A stretch of DNA of 64,000 nt from an uncultured Gammaproteobacteria bacterium (GTDB lineage Bacteria > Patescibacteriota > Patescibacteriia > Patescibacteriales > UBA12465): the NCBI GenBank assembly GCA_964570655.1, contig CAZMYU010000004.1, forward strand, positions 49 to 64,048. Direction: 5' to 3'. The position numbers and the translations under genes were made by a program. This document shows positions 15,928-25,009 of the stretch, piece by piece. Position 1 is the first letter of the stretch. Every line of letters starts with the position of its first letter. Under the pieces are notes generated by a model that was not told the origin of the DNA, did no database searches, and saw only the letters and a program-made list of their open reading frames with translations.

Positions 15928-17040
15928 TTAAATTGGGCCAAAGATTTGGCAACCAATAGTTGGTAAGCCCTGACAGCCTAAGATTTTTTCAGCGCTTAGA
16001 TTTTTGGTGCTTCGACTCAGGCAGGAGAAACAGGTGTGCCCGAAATTTTTACAAGTTCGACAAACTCCTTGAACGTCATGTCTTCTAATTATTTGTGATA
16101 GTTTTGAATTCCACAAATTTTTCAGAGTATTTTCTCGGAGATTGCCATAGACGATTTGGGTCGAGCTGATACAAGGAGACACTTGACCATTACCTTGGAT
16201 ATACAAATGATAAGAAAAACGGGTACAGGGTGGGGAGCCGATATAGCTGATACTCGGTTGCCAGAAACGATTATATTTTTTATCAATTTCTTGCAAGCGT
16301 TGGGTGGCCTGGCTGATTTTTTGTTTATCAATTATCATTTGCCCGGATTTTTCGCCTCGACCGCGAGTAATAATCATGTCCATATCAAAGGTCAGATTAT
16401 TTTCTCGAGCAAAGAGCAAAATATTTTCTGCCTCATCCAGATTACTGGGCATTAGGCTAGTGACAATTCCCAAACGGCCGTCATTGAAACCCTCGGCAAT
16501 TAATTTTTGGAGCATTTGGTCACGAGCCTGGGTGTAGCCGGATCTTTTGACTAGGCGATCTTGAATTTTGGCCTGAAAAGAATTGAGCTTGACTATAATT
16601 CGAATATTTTTTTTCGGTTTCAAAAACTCAATATCTTGGTCATTTATCAAATCACCAGTTGTAAAGATTGATAAGAGCAAATCATTATCCTCGCAAAATT
16701 CAATAATTGGGTAAAGATAAGCTCTCATCTTGGGGGTAAAGAAAGGTTCGCCACTGGCTGGGATGGCAACTTGTTTTTTCAGTCCAGCTTTTTTTTCTGA
16801 GACCGTCAAAGGAAAATCGCTGACAAATTGTCTGAGGATATTTAATTCCTCTTCAATGGTTAGCAGGTCGGCTCTTTGGTCGATTCTAGCTTTTTTTAGA
16901 AAATGAAAGTTCTTTTTATCTTCAAAAGCTAGACAATAATCACAATTCAGGTGACAATCGCCCGGGATTTCTAACCAGATTTCCCTAAGATCGTTTAAGG
17001 TTTGGCCTAAGAGGCCATGAGCATATTTTAATTCGTTCAT
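15928..17040 (-). CDS. Radical SAM / SPASM-domain protein
   Basis: CHLNCDYC = CX3CX2C; ASGEPF glycine motif; C-terminal PPCTR...SPC...GVCRTCKNFGHTCFSC cysteine cluster. Confidence 0.75.
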   Translation of the reverse strand: MNELKYAHGLLGQTLNDLREIWLEIPGDCHLNCDYCLAFEDKKNFHFLKKARIDQRADLLTIEEELNILRQFVSDFPLTVSEKKAGLKKQVAIPASGEPFFTPKMRAYLYPIIEFCEDNDLLLSIFTTGDLINDQDIEFLKPKKNIRIIVKLNSFQAKIQDRLVKRSGYTQARDQMLQKLIAEGFNDGRLGIVTSLMPSNLDEAENILLFARENNLTFDMDMIITRGRGEKSGQMIIDKQKISQATQRLQEIDKKYNRFWQPSISYIGSPPCTRFSYHLYIQGNGQVSPCISSTQIVYGNLRENTLKNLWNSKLSQIIRRHDVQGVCRTCKNFGHTCFSCLSRSTKNLSAEKILGCQGLPTIGCQIFGPI

Positions 17041-17116
17041 TTTATAATTTTTTAGTTGGTGGAGTAAAACTTGAATAACTGATTTTTCAGTAGTTCAAAT
17101 TATAAGTGGCCGCCAA

Positions 17117-17917
17117 CTAAAAATTAGGGATATGCTCAATCTTTTTTGGAATTTTTTGGGGTGGCTGGGTGCTTAGAATAATTACCGGTTCAATCAAATA
17201 GTCTGGTTGAATTTTTAGGTAATTATTAACTGCTGGTAGCCAATCCAAATGAAAATCAAAACTGGTTGGACCAGGAGGGATTTTTTTCTGGATTACTAGC
17301 TCTTTGATAATAGTTGTCTTTGCTATTGAGGATACTCCTGGTTGTTTTAAAACCGTGATTATAGTTATTCCTAGTAGTAGCAAGATTGTGATTATCAAAG
17401 TGAGTTTCAACACTATGGCTATTGGCAGTAGGCTAATGATTAAAATCAGGATTAATTGTCCTAGATAATAAAAAATCATATTCCAGAAATTGGCGCACAG
17501 ATAATTATAATGCCCGGGGATGTTTTGGCGAAAATACTCCTTTTCTTCTTCTGGACTGGGATAAAAAATTTGGTCGCCAGTTTGATAGTCGGCCCAGACT
17601 GTGCCAAAATCACCATTGGCGTCCCAAATAGTTTTGGACTGACCTTTTTTGATCTTGATAATAATTTGGTTTTTTTTGACCAAATCAACCAATCTTTCGG
17701 TTATTAAATTTTTGGTTAAGTAAGAGACCCCCGTAGAAAAATTGGCCCGAATAATATCGTTGGCCTCACCGGTAGCGATAATATAATTTTCGCCTCGTAG
17801 AGATTCGATCTCGGACAAGGCTTGGTGACTCTGAATAATTTCTTGTTTGGCCACTAGGGTTAATAAACAAGAAAAGATCAGGGCCGAGATTACCCACAAT
17901 AATTTTTTCTTGTTCAT
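17117..17917 (-). CDS. Membrane protein, hypothetical
   Basis: N-terminal signal/TM segment, long central hydrophobic stretch (ILILIISLLPIAIVLKLTLIITILLLLGITII). Confidence 0.55.
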   Translation of the reverse strand: MNKKKLLWVISALIFSCLLTLVAKQEIIQSHQALSEIESLRGENYIIATGEANDIIRANFSTGVSYLTKNLITERLVDLVKKNQIIIKIKKGQSKTIWDANGDFGTVWADYQTGDQIFYPSPEEEKEYFRQNIPGHYNYLCANFWNMIFYYLGQLILILIISLLPIAIVLKLTLIITILLLLGITIITVLKQPGVSSIAKTTIIKELVIQKKIPPGPTSFDFHLDWLPAVNNYLKIQPDYLIEPVIILSTQPPQKIPKKIEHIPNF

Positions 17918-18075
17918 TTTTTTGGTTTTTATTGATTGTTAAATTACTTTCAGAATTTAGGATTATACAAAGATATTTAGGTTTTGTCAACAGGCAGTTA
18001 TTGACGCTTGGTGATGAATAATATAAACTATTAAATCAAATTTATTTTTATAGTTTCTTAAAAAAAGGAGGCAAA

Positions 18076-19033
18076 ATGATTCTCAGGAACATCGAGTTCG
18101 GCAATTGTTTTTTGGCCTCTGGGTCAATGAATTTTTTTGGCGAAGGATATTGGTATGATAATTTTTATAAATTGTTAATGCCTGGTTTTAAAATTATTGA
18201 TCAGGTGACTTTTGTGGCTAAGACTACGACTTTTGGTCCGCGTTTGGGCAATATGCCACTGAAAGAAAATTTTCAGCCCAAGGAACTTTTCCCCAAATGC
18301 ATAAAAGTTTATCCAAGTCGAGGAGTAGTTTTAAATTCAGTGGGCTTAAGTGGTCCGGGAGCTCAAGTCTTGTTTGACACCAGGAAATGGCAGGCTATCA
18401 CTAAACCATTTTTTTTTGTCTTTTATGGCCGTGGCTAATTCCAAAGAGGAGAGATTAAAAGAGGCGAAGAGTTTTGCCAAATTGCTAGTTCAGGAATTGC
18501 CAAATTTTCAAACCAAGATTGGTTTGCAAATAAATATTTCTTGTCCCAGCACTCTTCACAAACCCAATGATCTTAGTCGGGAAGGTCTGGAGCTTTTGCA
18601 AATTTTTTCAGCCTTAGAAATTCCCTTGGATCTGAAAGCCAATGTGTTTATAGATCTGGAAACTGTCCGGGAGCTAGAGGCCAGTGGGCTATGTGATGTT
18701 TTGACTATTTCCAATACTATTCCGGCTGGTTCTTTGGGAGCTGGCATTGATTGGCGAGCTTTGTTTGACGATCAGCTTTCACCTTTGGCTCATCTAGGTG
18801 GCGGAGGACTTTCTGGAGATTTGATTTTTCCAATCGTTTTTGCCAAAATTCATAGGCTGCGCAAAGCCGGGATTCTTATGCCTATTAAAGCCAGTGGTGG
18901 AATTATAAATGTGAGTCGAGTGGAAGCTATGAAAATAGTGGGCGCTCAAGCCATTGAAATCGCTACGGTTCTCATGCTCCGTCCTTGGCGAGTCAAAGCA
19001 ATTATTGAAAGAGCTCAAAAGATCTTTGTGTAA
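18076..19033 (+). pseudogene. Dihydroorotate dehydrogenase (class 1)-like TIM-barrel gene interrupted by a +1 frameshift in a T9 run
   Basis: FGPRLGNMP, NSVGLSGPG (frame 1) then INISCPS, ISNT, GGLSG, ASGGI (frame 2); frames join at T run 18409-18417, and one T fewer gives AITKPFFLSFMAVAN; AAGGAGG SD at 18065-18071. Confidence 0.65.
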
Positions 19034-19177
19034 ATTAAACTACTAAAAAGCACCATAACAGGTGCTTTTTAAATTCTCCTTGACTCTTGTAGTTTTTTCA
19101 TGTTAGAGTGTAAAATCAATATTTTTTGATTATTGTTGTTTAAAAATTTTATATCACTTATTAAAAAAAATGAAAAA

Positions 19178-19888
19178 ATGAACAAAATTGGTGATTTATT
19201 CCCGCATTTTTTTCCGGGAGCACATTTGTCAGAAGAGGCAATCTTCAGAATATTTAACCATTGTGACGCTTCTTGGGTACATGATGGCGATGCTAAAAAA
19301 CAGCACGCCTTACTTCATTCCGGCAAACATTCCAACGGTTTTTTTAACTGTTTGGAAGTGTTAAACAGGATTGATTTTTGCGAAGTACTGGCCGCTCAAT
19401 TGGCTAGCCGGATTCGCAAAGTTATCGGTGTTACCAAAATTGACTGGGTAGTGGGTTCGCCGATGGCGGGCATTACCTTTGCTTATGCTGTGGGCAAGGC
19501 TTTGGGAGCCGAACGTTTTTGCTTTGTGGAAAAAGATCTCAAAGACGACAAAAAGAAAATTTGTCGTCAGCATATTCCAGAGGGTGAAACGGTCTTGCAA
19601 ATTGAGGAGCTGGTGACAACTGCAGATACTATGCGCGAAGTCAAAGAGGCCGTGGAGCTAACCAGTGGTCAGGTCAATTGGTTACCGGTGGTGGGGATAT
19701 TAATTCATCGTCCGCCCAAATTACCAATTGCTGAATATGATGGTCGTCGGCCTATCTCTCTCATTGAAAAAGAGATCTGGGCAATAGACCCGGATAAATG
19801 TCCGCTTTGTGCGGCCGGCAGTGAAGCCATCAAACCCAAAACTCCACCGGAGAATTGGGGAATTCTGACCGGGAAAACGAAAAAGTAA
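19178..19888 (+). CDS. Orotate phosphoribosyltransferase-like (type I PRTase) protein
   Basis: LHSGKHSNGFF and PRPP-binding-like VLQIEELVTTADT; C-terminal CPLCAAG; ATG 19178 preferred to TTG 19133. Confidence 0.55.
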   Translation: MNKIGDLFPHFFPGAHLSEEAIFRIFNHCDASWVHDGDAKKQHALLHSGKHSNGFFNCLEVLNRIDFCEVLAAQLASRIRKVIGVTKIDWVVGSPMAGITFAYAVGKALGAERFCFVEKDLKDDKKKICRQHIPEGETVLQIEELVTTADTMREVKEAVELTSGQVNWLPVVGILIHRPPKLPIAEYDGRRPISLIEKEIWAIDPDKCPLCAAGSEAIKPKTPPENWGILTGKTKK

Positions 19889-19919
19889 AGTATTTTTTAA
19901 CCTTTAAATTGTAATCTCA

Positions 19920-20717
19920 ATGAAAAAGAGAGTTGTTATTCTGCCAATGGATGGCTTCCCAAGTAGTGTGGCCATCGAAACTAAATTAGCCAAGCTGATG
20001 GCCGAAGAAGATTTGGCCTGCTTGATTTCTCACGTCAAACTCAACGACGGGCTTCATCAGCCTGATCGTTCTGGCCCCCAAACTATGGTGGCCATTCAGG
20101 AGTTATTGAAAACCCTTGGCCTTGAGGATGTCGAAATATTCCTTGATCTGAAAATCACCGATGTGAAAACGACCATGGTCAATGTTTTACAACATTACAA
20201 AGAGGCCGGTTTCACCAAGGGGATCTTAACGGTTTCTTCCAGTGTCAGTGCGGAAGGACTTTTAGCTCTCCGGCAATTATTACCAGACGTAAAACTGGCT
20301 ATGGTCAGCGTTCTGACGGATATGACCGAGCAGGAATGCTACCAGCGGTTTGACGAATATCCGCCTAATAAAATTGCTGGCGACTTAGTTGGTTTACAGG
20401 AATGGTATGCTCGGTTTAAAACCGCTGCCGATCCGGCTGAACCCTTTGATCTGGTGGTCTGCTCAGCCAAGGAATTGGAATGGTTGTCTACAAGTTTTCC
20501 GGGATATGGTTTTGTGGTTCCTGGTATCCGCGATGCCTGGATGGAAAAAGACCATCAGAAAAGAACCTCCGGTGTTAAATGGGCCTTGGAGAACAGGGCA
20601 ACTTTCGTAGTTATGTCCACCCAGCTTTTAAAAGGGAGCCCGGAAAACAACATTAGTCCGGAAGAAAGCCGACGTTTGACCAAAATCGAAATCGAATCCG
20701 CTGAAATTCCACAGTAA
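19920..20717 (+). CDS. Orotidine-5'-phosphate decarboxylase-like protein
   Basis: ILPMDG ... HVKLNDG ... FLDLKITDVKTT, the D-x-K-x-x-D signature region of the OMP decarboxylase family. Confidence 0.55.
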   Translation: MKKRVVILPMDGFPSSVAIETKLAKLMAEEDLACLISHVKLNDGLHQPDRSGPQTMVAIQELLKTLGLEDVEIFLDLKITDVKTTMVNVLQHYKEAGFTKGILTVSSSVSAEGLLALRQLLPDVKLAMVSVLTDMTEQECYQRFDEYPPNKIAGDLVGLQEWYARFKTAADPAEPFDLVVCSAKELEWLSTSFPGYGFVVPGIRDAWMEKDHQKRTSGVKWALENRATFVVMSTQLLKGSPENNISPEESRRLTKIEIESAEIPQ

Positions 20718-20809
20718 ATTCAGGGATAATTCAAATTAATAGAGAATAGGCATTAACCGATAGCGTTAATGCCTTTTTTAATGCCATCATGAAATCGCTT
20801 TCTTGTCTA

Positions 20810-20838
20810 TTGACATAAGTTTCGGGATGTGATATAAT
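20810..20838 (+). promoter_or_regulatory. Sigma-70-type promoter
   Basis: TTGACA (20810-20815), 17 nt, TATAAT (20833-20838). Confidence 0.6.
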
Positions 20839-20902
20839 GAGCCATTAAAGTTCTACCAGTGATATGGTAGGCTTTTTTGTTTGCTTAAACTAATTAATCA
20901 TT

Positions 20903-21400
20903 ATGGACTATTATTTAGGACGCTTAAAACGAGGATTTCGCAAAAACTATCAAAAAGCCATTGTTTTATTATTAATTGTTTCTATCTTCCAGGTAATTCC
21001 AATGCCCTGGCCAGAGATTAATAGCTCTGGTAACTGGGATTTGAAGGTCAAGGAAGTAGAGGGCGCTAGTGCTGATGAAGAGTATCAGCCCAAGGTAATT
21101 TCGACCGGCACTTACAAAATGACGGCCTATACCTCGGAAGTCGCTCAAACTGACAGTACGCCGTGTATTACGGCCAATGGTTATAATGTTTGTAAATCAG
21201 GTGTAGAAGACACTATTGCTGCCAATTTTTTGGAGTTTGGAACCAAGGTTCGGATTCCAGAATTATATGGTGACCGGGTGTTTATCGTTCGCGATCGCAT
21301 GAATCGTCGCTACACTAATCGCGTGGACATTTGGATGAAGGATAAGCATGACGCTATCCATTTTGGAGTCCAAGTCGCCAAAATTGAAGTATTAGAGTAA
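20903..21400 (+). CDS. 3D-domain (MltA/RlpA-like double-psi barrel) cell-wall protein
   Basis: MTAYTSE..QTDSTPCITANG ... TIAANFLEFGTKVRI ... IVRDRMN..RVDIWM matches 3D-domain order. Confidence 0.65.
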   Translation: MDYYLGRLKRGFRKNYQKAIVLLLIVSIFQVIPMPWPEINSSGNWDLKVKEVEGASADEEYQPKVISTGTYKMTAYTSEVAQTDSTPCITANGYNVCKSGVEDTIAANFLEFGTKVRIPELYGDRVFIVRDRMNRRYTNRVDIWMKDKHDAIHFGVQVAKIEVLE

Positions 21401-21490
21401 ATAAAATAAACAAAGATCGCTCGCGCCCTAGTGGCCGGGCGATTTTTGTTTGGGCTATTATTTTTTGGCTTTTTCTATTATGATATAATC

Positions 21491-23572
21491 ATGAAAAACC
21501 ATTCTAGCGATTTCTTAAAAAGGCCAAATTCCGGGGATCCTTTTGTCATCCGTGAAGGCAAATATGCCTCTCTGGAAGATTCGGTCTATCAATTCAATTG
21601 GGCGGAAGAATCTTTTTTGTCGGGTAAAGATGAGAAAGAGATGCTCCGCCGAACTTTTGATTTGGGCAAGGTCAGGTATATTGTGGCTTTTTTGGCAGTG
21701 GCTATTTTGATTTTGTTAGTGCGGGTTTTTTATTTACAAATTATCAAAGGTGATTATTATTATTCGCTAGCCGAAGGCAATCGTTTGCGGGCGGAAATTA
21801 TTGAACCCAAGCGGGGAATTATATATGATATAAACAAACAACCGCTGGTGCAAAATGAGGCCAATTTTTTGTTGTATCTAATCCCTAATGATTTGCCCAA
21901 AGATTCTCAGGCGCGTGATAATATTTTGCATCAGATTGCTAACGTCGTTAGCCGGAATACTCCAGCCGAAAAGATGGTATCTTCATCCGCGTCGAGTTCC
22001 GAGTCTTTAAAATTGAGTCCGGAAAATTTATTCTTTTATGAGCTTCAGGATAAATTGGCCAAGATCAAAAGGAATTCTTTGGAATCTTATCAGCCCCTCT
22101 TTATTATTGATAATTTAGAATATCAAGAAGCTTTGGAATTATACTTCATTGCCGAAAACAGTCCTGGAGTTTTTATTTCCAACAAAATTCGTCGGCATTA
22201 TTTGTATGGGACCTCTAGCAGCGCGATTAATTTTTCGAGCCTAGCTTCGGTGTTGGGTTATACGGGCAAGATTAACGATAATGAATATCAAAAAGCCAAA
22301 GGCGCTTATTCGCTGATTGATTATATTGGTAAGACTGGCCTGGAATATTCTTATGAAGACGCGCTCAAGGGAGTGAAGGGTGAAAAAAATATTGAAGTCG
22401 ATGCTCTGGGACGTCCCAAGAGAATCGATAGTCAATCAGCTCCAGTTGATGGCTCGGCACTCATCTTGGGTATTGATTTGAATTTGCAAAAAAAATCCGA
22501 AGAAGTTTTACGCAAATATTTGGCGACCTTTGGTAAGAAGCGGGCGAGCGTAGTAATTATTGATCCTCGGAATGGGGAGATTAGAACGCTCATTAGTTGG
22601 CCGGCTTATGATAATAATTTGTTTGCCACTGGGCTTAGTAGTGTTGATTATCAAAAATTTTTGGAAGATCCAGATCGGCCTTTATTTAATCGAGCTATTT
22701 CTGGAGAGTTTCCAGCTGGGTCCACTATCAAGCCAGTAATGTCGGCAGCTGCTTTGGCCGAAGGCGTGATTACCGAAAATACGACCGTGCTCAGTAATGG
22801 CGGGATTAGAATTGGTGAATGGGTTTTTCCAGATTGGAAGGCGGGCGGTCATGGGGTAACCGATGTCAAAAAAGCCATTGCCGAATCGGTTAATACCTTC
22901 TTTTATTATATTGGTGGTGGTTTTGGTAATTTTCCAGGATTGGGAATTGATCGCATGATCAAATATTTTAAACTATTTGGTTTGGGGGAAGTGACTGGCA
23001 TTGATTTACCCAGTGAAGCCAAAGGGTTTTTGCCGACTACCAAATGGAAAGAAGAAGTCAAAAATGAAGCTTGGTATATTGGTGATACTTATCATGTGGC
23101 CATTGGTCAAGGTGATTTGACTGTTACTCCACTGCAGGTTTGCAATTATACAGCGGCGATTGCTAATGGTGGGCGACTTTATAAACCACATTTGGTTTCT
23201 AAGATTGTAAATATTCAAACTGGTCAGGAAAAAACCTTTAATTCCGAGGTTTTGCGAGACAACTTTATTAAACCAGAAATTTTAGATATAGTGAGAGCAG
23301 GGATGCGTCAGACAGTGACCGCTGGGAGTGCTCGTAGTCTGGGATCTTTGCCGGTGGAAGCCGCGGGTAAAACTGGTACGGCGCAATGGTCGACTACTGC
23401 GCCAACCCATGCTTGGTTTACGGGCTTTGCTCCTTATAATAATCCTGAGTTGGCTATTACGGTTTTGGTAGAGGCTGGTGGGGAAGGTTCGAGTATTGCC
23501 ACACCTATCGCCCGAGAAATTTTGCAATATTATTTTGGCGAAGAAAGAAATGCTACTAGTACTCAACCTTAA
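21491..23572 (+). CDS. Class B penicillin-binding protein (PBP2-type transpeptidase)
   Basis: N-terminal TM, dimerisation domain, SxxK (GSTIKP), SxN (ESVN), KTGTA; GTG 21431 lies inside the upstream terminator, so ATG 21491 is preferred. Confidence 0.85.
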   Translation: MKNHSSDFLKRPNSGDPFVIREGKYASLEDSVYQFNWAEESFLSGKDEKEMLRRTFDLGKVRYIVAFLAVAILILLVRVFYLQIIKGDYYYSLAEGNRLRAEIIEPKRGIIYDINKQPLVQNEANFLLYLIPNDLPKDSQARDNILHQIANVVSRNTPAEKMVSSSASSSESLKLSPENLFFYELQDKLAKIKRNSLESYQPLFIIDNLEYQEALELYFIAENSPGVFISNKIRRHYLYGTSSSAINFSSLASVLGYTGKINDNEYQKAKGAYSLIDYIGKTGLEYSYEDALKGVKGEKNIEVDALGRPKRIDSQSAPVDGSALILGIDLNLQKKSEEVLRKYLATFGKKRASVVIIDPRNGEIRTLISWPAYDNNLFATGLSSVDYQKFLEDPDRPLFNRAISGEFPAGSTIKPVMSAAALAEGVITENTTVLSNGGIRIGEWVFPDWKAGGHGVTDVKKAIAESVNTFFYYIGGGFGNFPGLGIDRMIKYFKLFGLGEVTGIDLPSEAKGFLPTTKWKEEVKNEAWYIGDTYHVAIGQGDLTVTPLQVCNYTAAIANGGRLYKPHLVSKIVNIQTGQEKTFNSEVLRDNFIKPEILDIVRAGMRQTVTAGSARSLGSLPVEAAGKTGTAQWSTTAPTHAWFTGFAPYNNPELAITVLVEAGGEGSSIATPIAREILQYYFGEERNATSTQP

Positions 23573-23603
23573 CTGTCATCCTGGCGAAGGCCAGGATCCA
23601 GGT
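23573..23603. repeat. CTGTCATCC-hairpin-GGATCCAGG element, copy R1
   Basis: CTGTCATCCTGGCgaagGCCAGGATCCAGGT; identical to 54060-54090. Confidence 0.85.
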
Positions 23604-23617
23604 TTGTAATAAATTTT

Positions 23618-24820
23618 ATGACTTTCAAACTGATCATCAAAAGAATATTCCAAGTGTTGGTGTACGTTTTCGCGTTTGTCGGGTTTGTTTTGACTGTCGG
23701 ATTTTGGGGGGTCCGTTTGAATCTAACTAATGTCTTGGCAGTGATTGATAAAAATACCGATGCTTATCAGAAGACCGCGACTGATTTTGGCGCTTTTGAG
23801 GCTCTAAATTCTAGCTCAACCAATTTGAGCTCTACCGATTTTAGTCAGATTTCTCTAATTGATCTAGAGAAAAAAGCCGGTGAGCTTAGTGTTTATTCGC
23901 AAAAAATAGCTGATTATCGTCAACAAAAATTACGACATTTATGCGCGATTAATGTTTTGGCTACCTACGCTCCAGAAAATGCTCGGCTAATTTTTGAGAG
24001 TTATCAAAAGAGATATTCGCCCTGGCTCATTGAGCAAATGGTTTTGGCGGTGGACTTGAGACTCAAGGATAACCAAAATTTTAGTCAGGAGTTGGCAGTT
24101 TGTCAGACAGCTGATAATTTGCTTTTGAGTGAAACAGTGGTGGCTGACAAAATTAATAAATCCAAAAATGTTGATAATATTTTTCCCTGGGCTCAAAGCG
24201 ATTCTTATGATGTCGTCGAAAAAGCGATTTTAAAAGATCAGGAGATTATCAAGAAAACCGCAGCCTTATCCGGAGTTAATTCGCGAATGATTGTTTCGAT
24301 TTTGATAGTTGAACAATTGCGTTTGTATAATACTCAAAGGGAACTGTTTGAAAAGTTTTTTAAGCCCCTAGAGATTTTGGCTAGTGCCAACAAAATGGCC
24401 TGGGGAATTATGGCTATCAAAGAAAAAGCGGCCATTGATATTGAAAACAATTTGAAAAATTCTAATTCTAATTTTTATCCCGGTGATCAGTATAGAGATT
24501 TATTAAATTTCAGTACTAATAATCCAGCCAAAGAGCGTTATGATCGCCTGGCCAATGAAAAGGATCATTATTATTCTTATTTGTATGGCGGACTGCTTAT
24601 CAAAGAACTCATGGCTCAGTGGCAAAAGAGCGGTTATGATGTTTCCAGTCGGCCGGAAGTGGTGGCCACCTTATTTAATATTGGTTTTACCAAATCCAAA
24701 CCCAAGGCTAATCCGCAGGTCGGTGGTTCGATGATTAATATCAAGGGCACTGAATATACCTTTGGTTCTTTGGCCCATGAATTTTATTATTCAGGCCTCC
24801 TGCCGGAGTTTGGCTATTAA
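23618..24820 (+). CDS. Membrane-anchored hypothetical protein
   Basis: 400-aa ORF with N-terminal TM; terminator AGCCAAT..ATTGGCT at 24838-24868. Confidence 0.55.
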   Translation: MTFKLIIKRIFQVLVYVFAFVGFVLTVGFWGVRLNLTNVLAVIDKNTDAYQKTATDFGAFEALNSSSTNLSSTDFSQISLIDLEKKAGELSVYSQKIADYRQQKLRHLCAINVLATYAPENARLIFESYQKRYSPWLIEQMVLAVDLRLKDNQNFSQELAVCQTADNLLLSETVVADKINKSKNVDNIFPWAQSDSYDVVEKAILKDQEIIKKTAALSGVNSRMIVSILIVEQLRLYNTQRELFEKFFKPLEILASANKMAWGIMAIKEKAAIDIENNLKNSNSNFYPGDQYRDLLNFSTNNPAKERYDRLANEKDHYYSYLYGGLLIKELMAQWQKSGYDVSSRPEVVATLFNIGFTKSKPKANPQVGGSMINIKGTEYTFGSLAHEFYYSGLLPEFGY

Positions 24821-24913
24821 TAATTCATATTTTTTTAAAGCCAATTGCTTCACAGCGATTGGCTTTTTGATTTGGTGTTTGGGTTTTAGTAATTTGTAGT
24901 TTGTATTTGGGGG

Positions 24914-24957
24914 GACTGCCAACCCCACTTCGCCAAGGCTACGCGGGGTTAGCAGTC
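24914..24957. repeat. GC-rich nested-hairpin element, copy B
   Basis: GACTGC-c-AACCCC-ACTTCG-CC-aa-GG-CTACGC-GGGGTT-a-GCAGTC. Confidence 0.7.
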
Positions 24958-24975
24958 TATTGACATGAGTGCTAA
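24949..24975 (+). promoter_or_regulatory. CIRCE operator (HrcA binding site) overlapping the hrcA promoter
   Basis: TTAGCAGTC-N9-GAGTGCTAA versus consensus TTAGCACTC-N9-GAGTGCTAA; TTGACA 24960-24965, 17 nt, TAGAAT 24983-24988. Confidence 0.85.
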
Positions 24976-25009
24976 GTTTTTGTAGAATGGTGTCAGGTAC
25001 TTAAAATAT

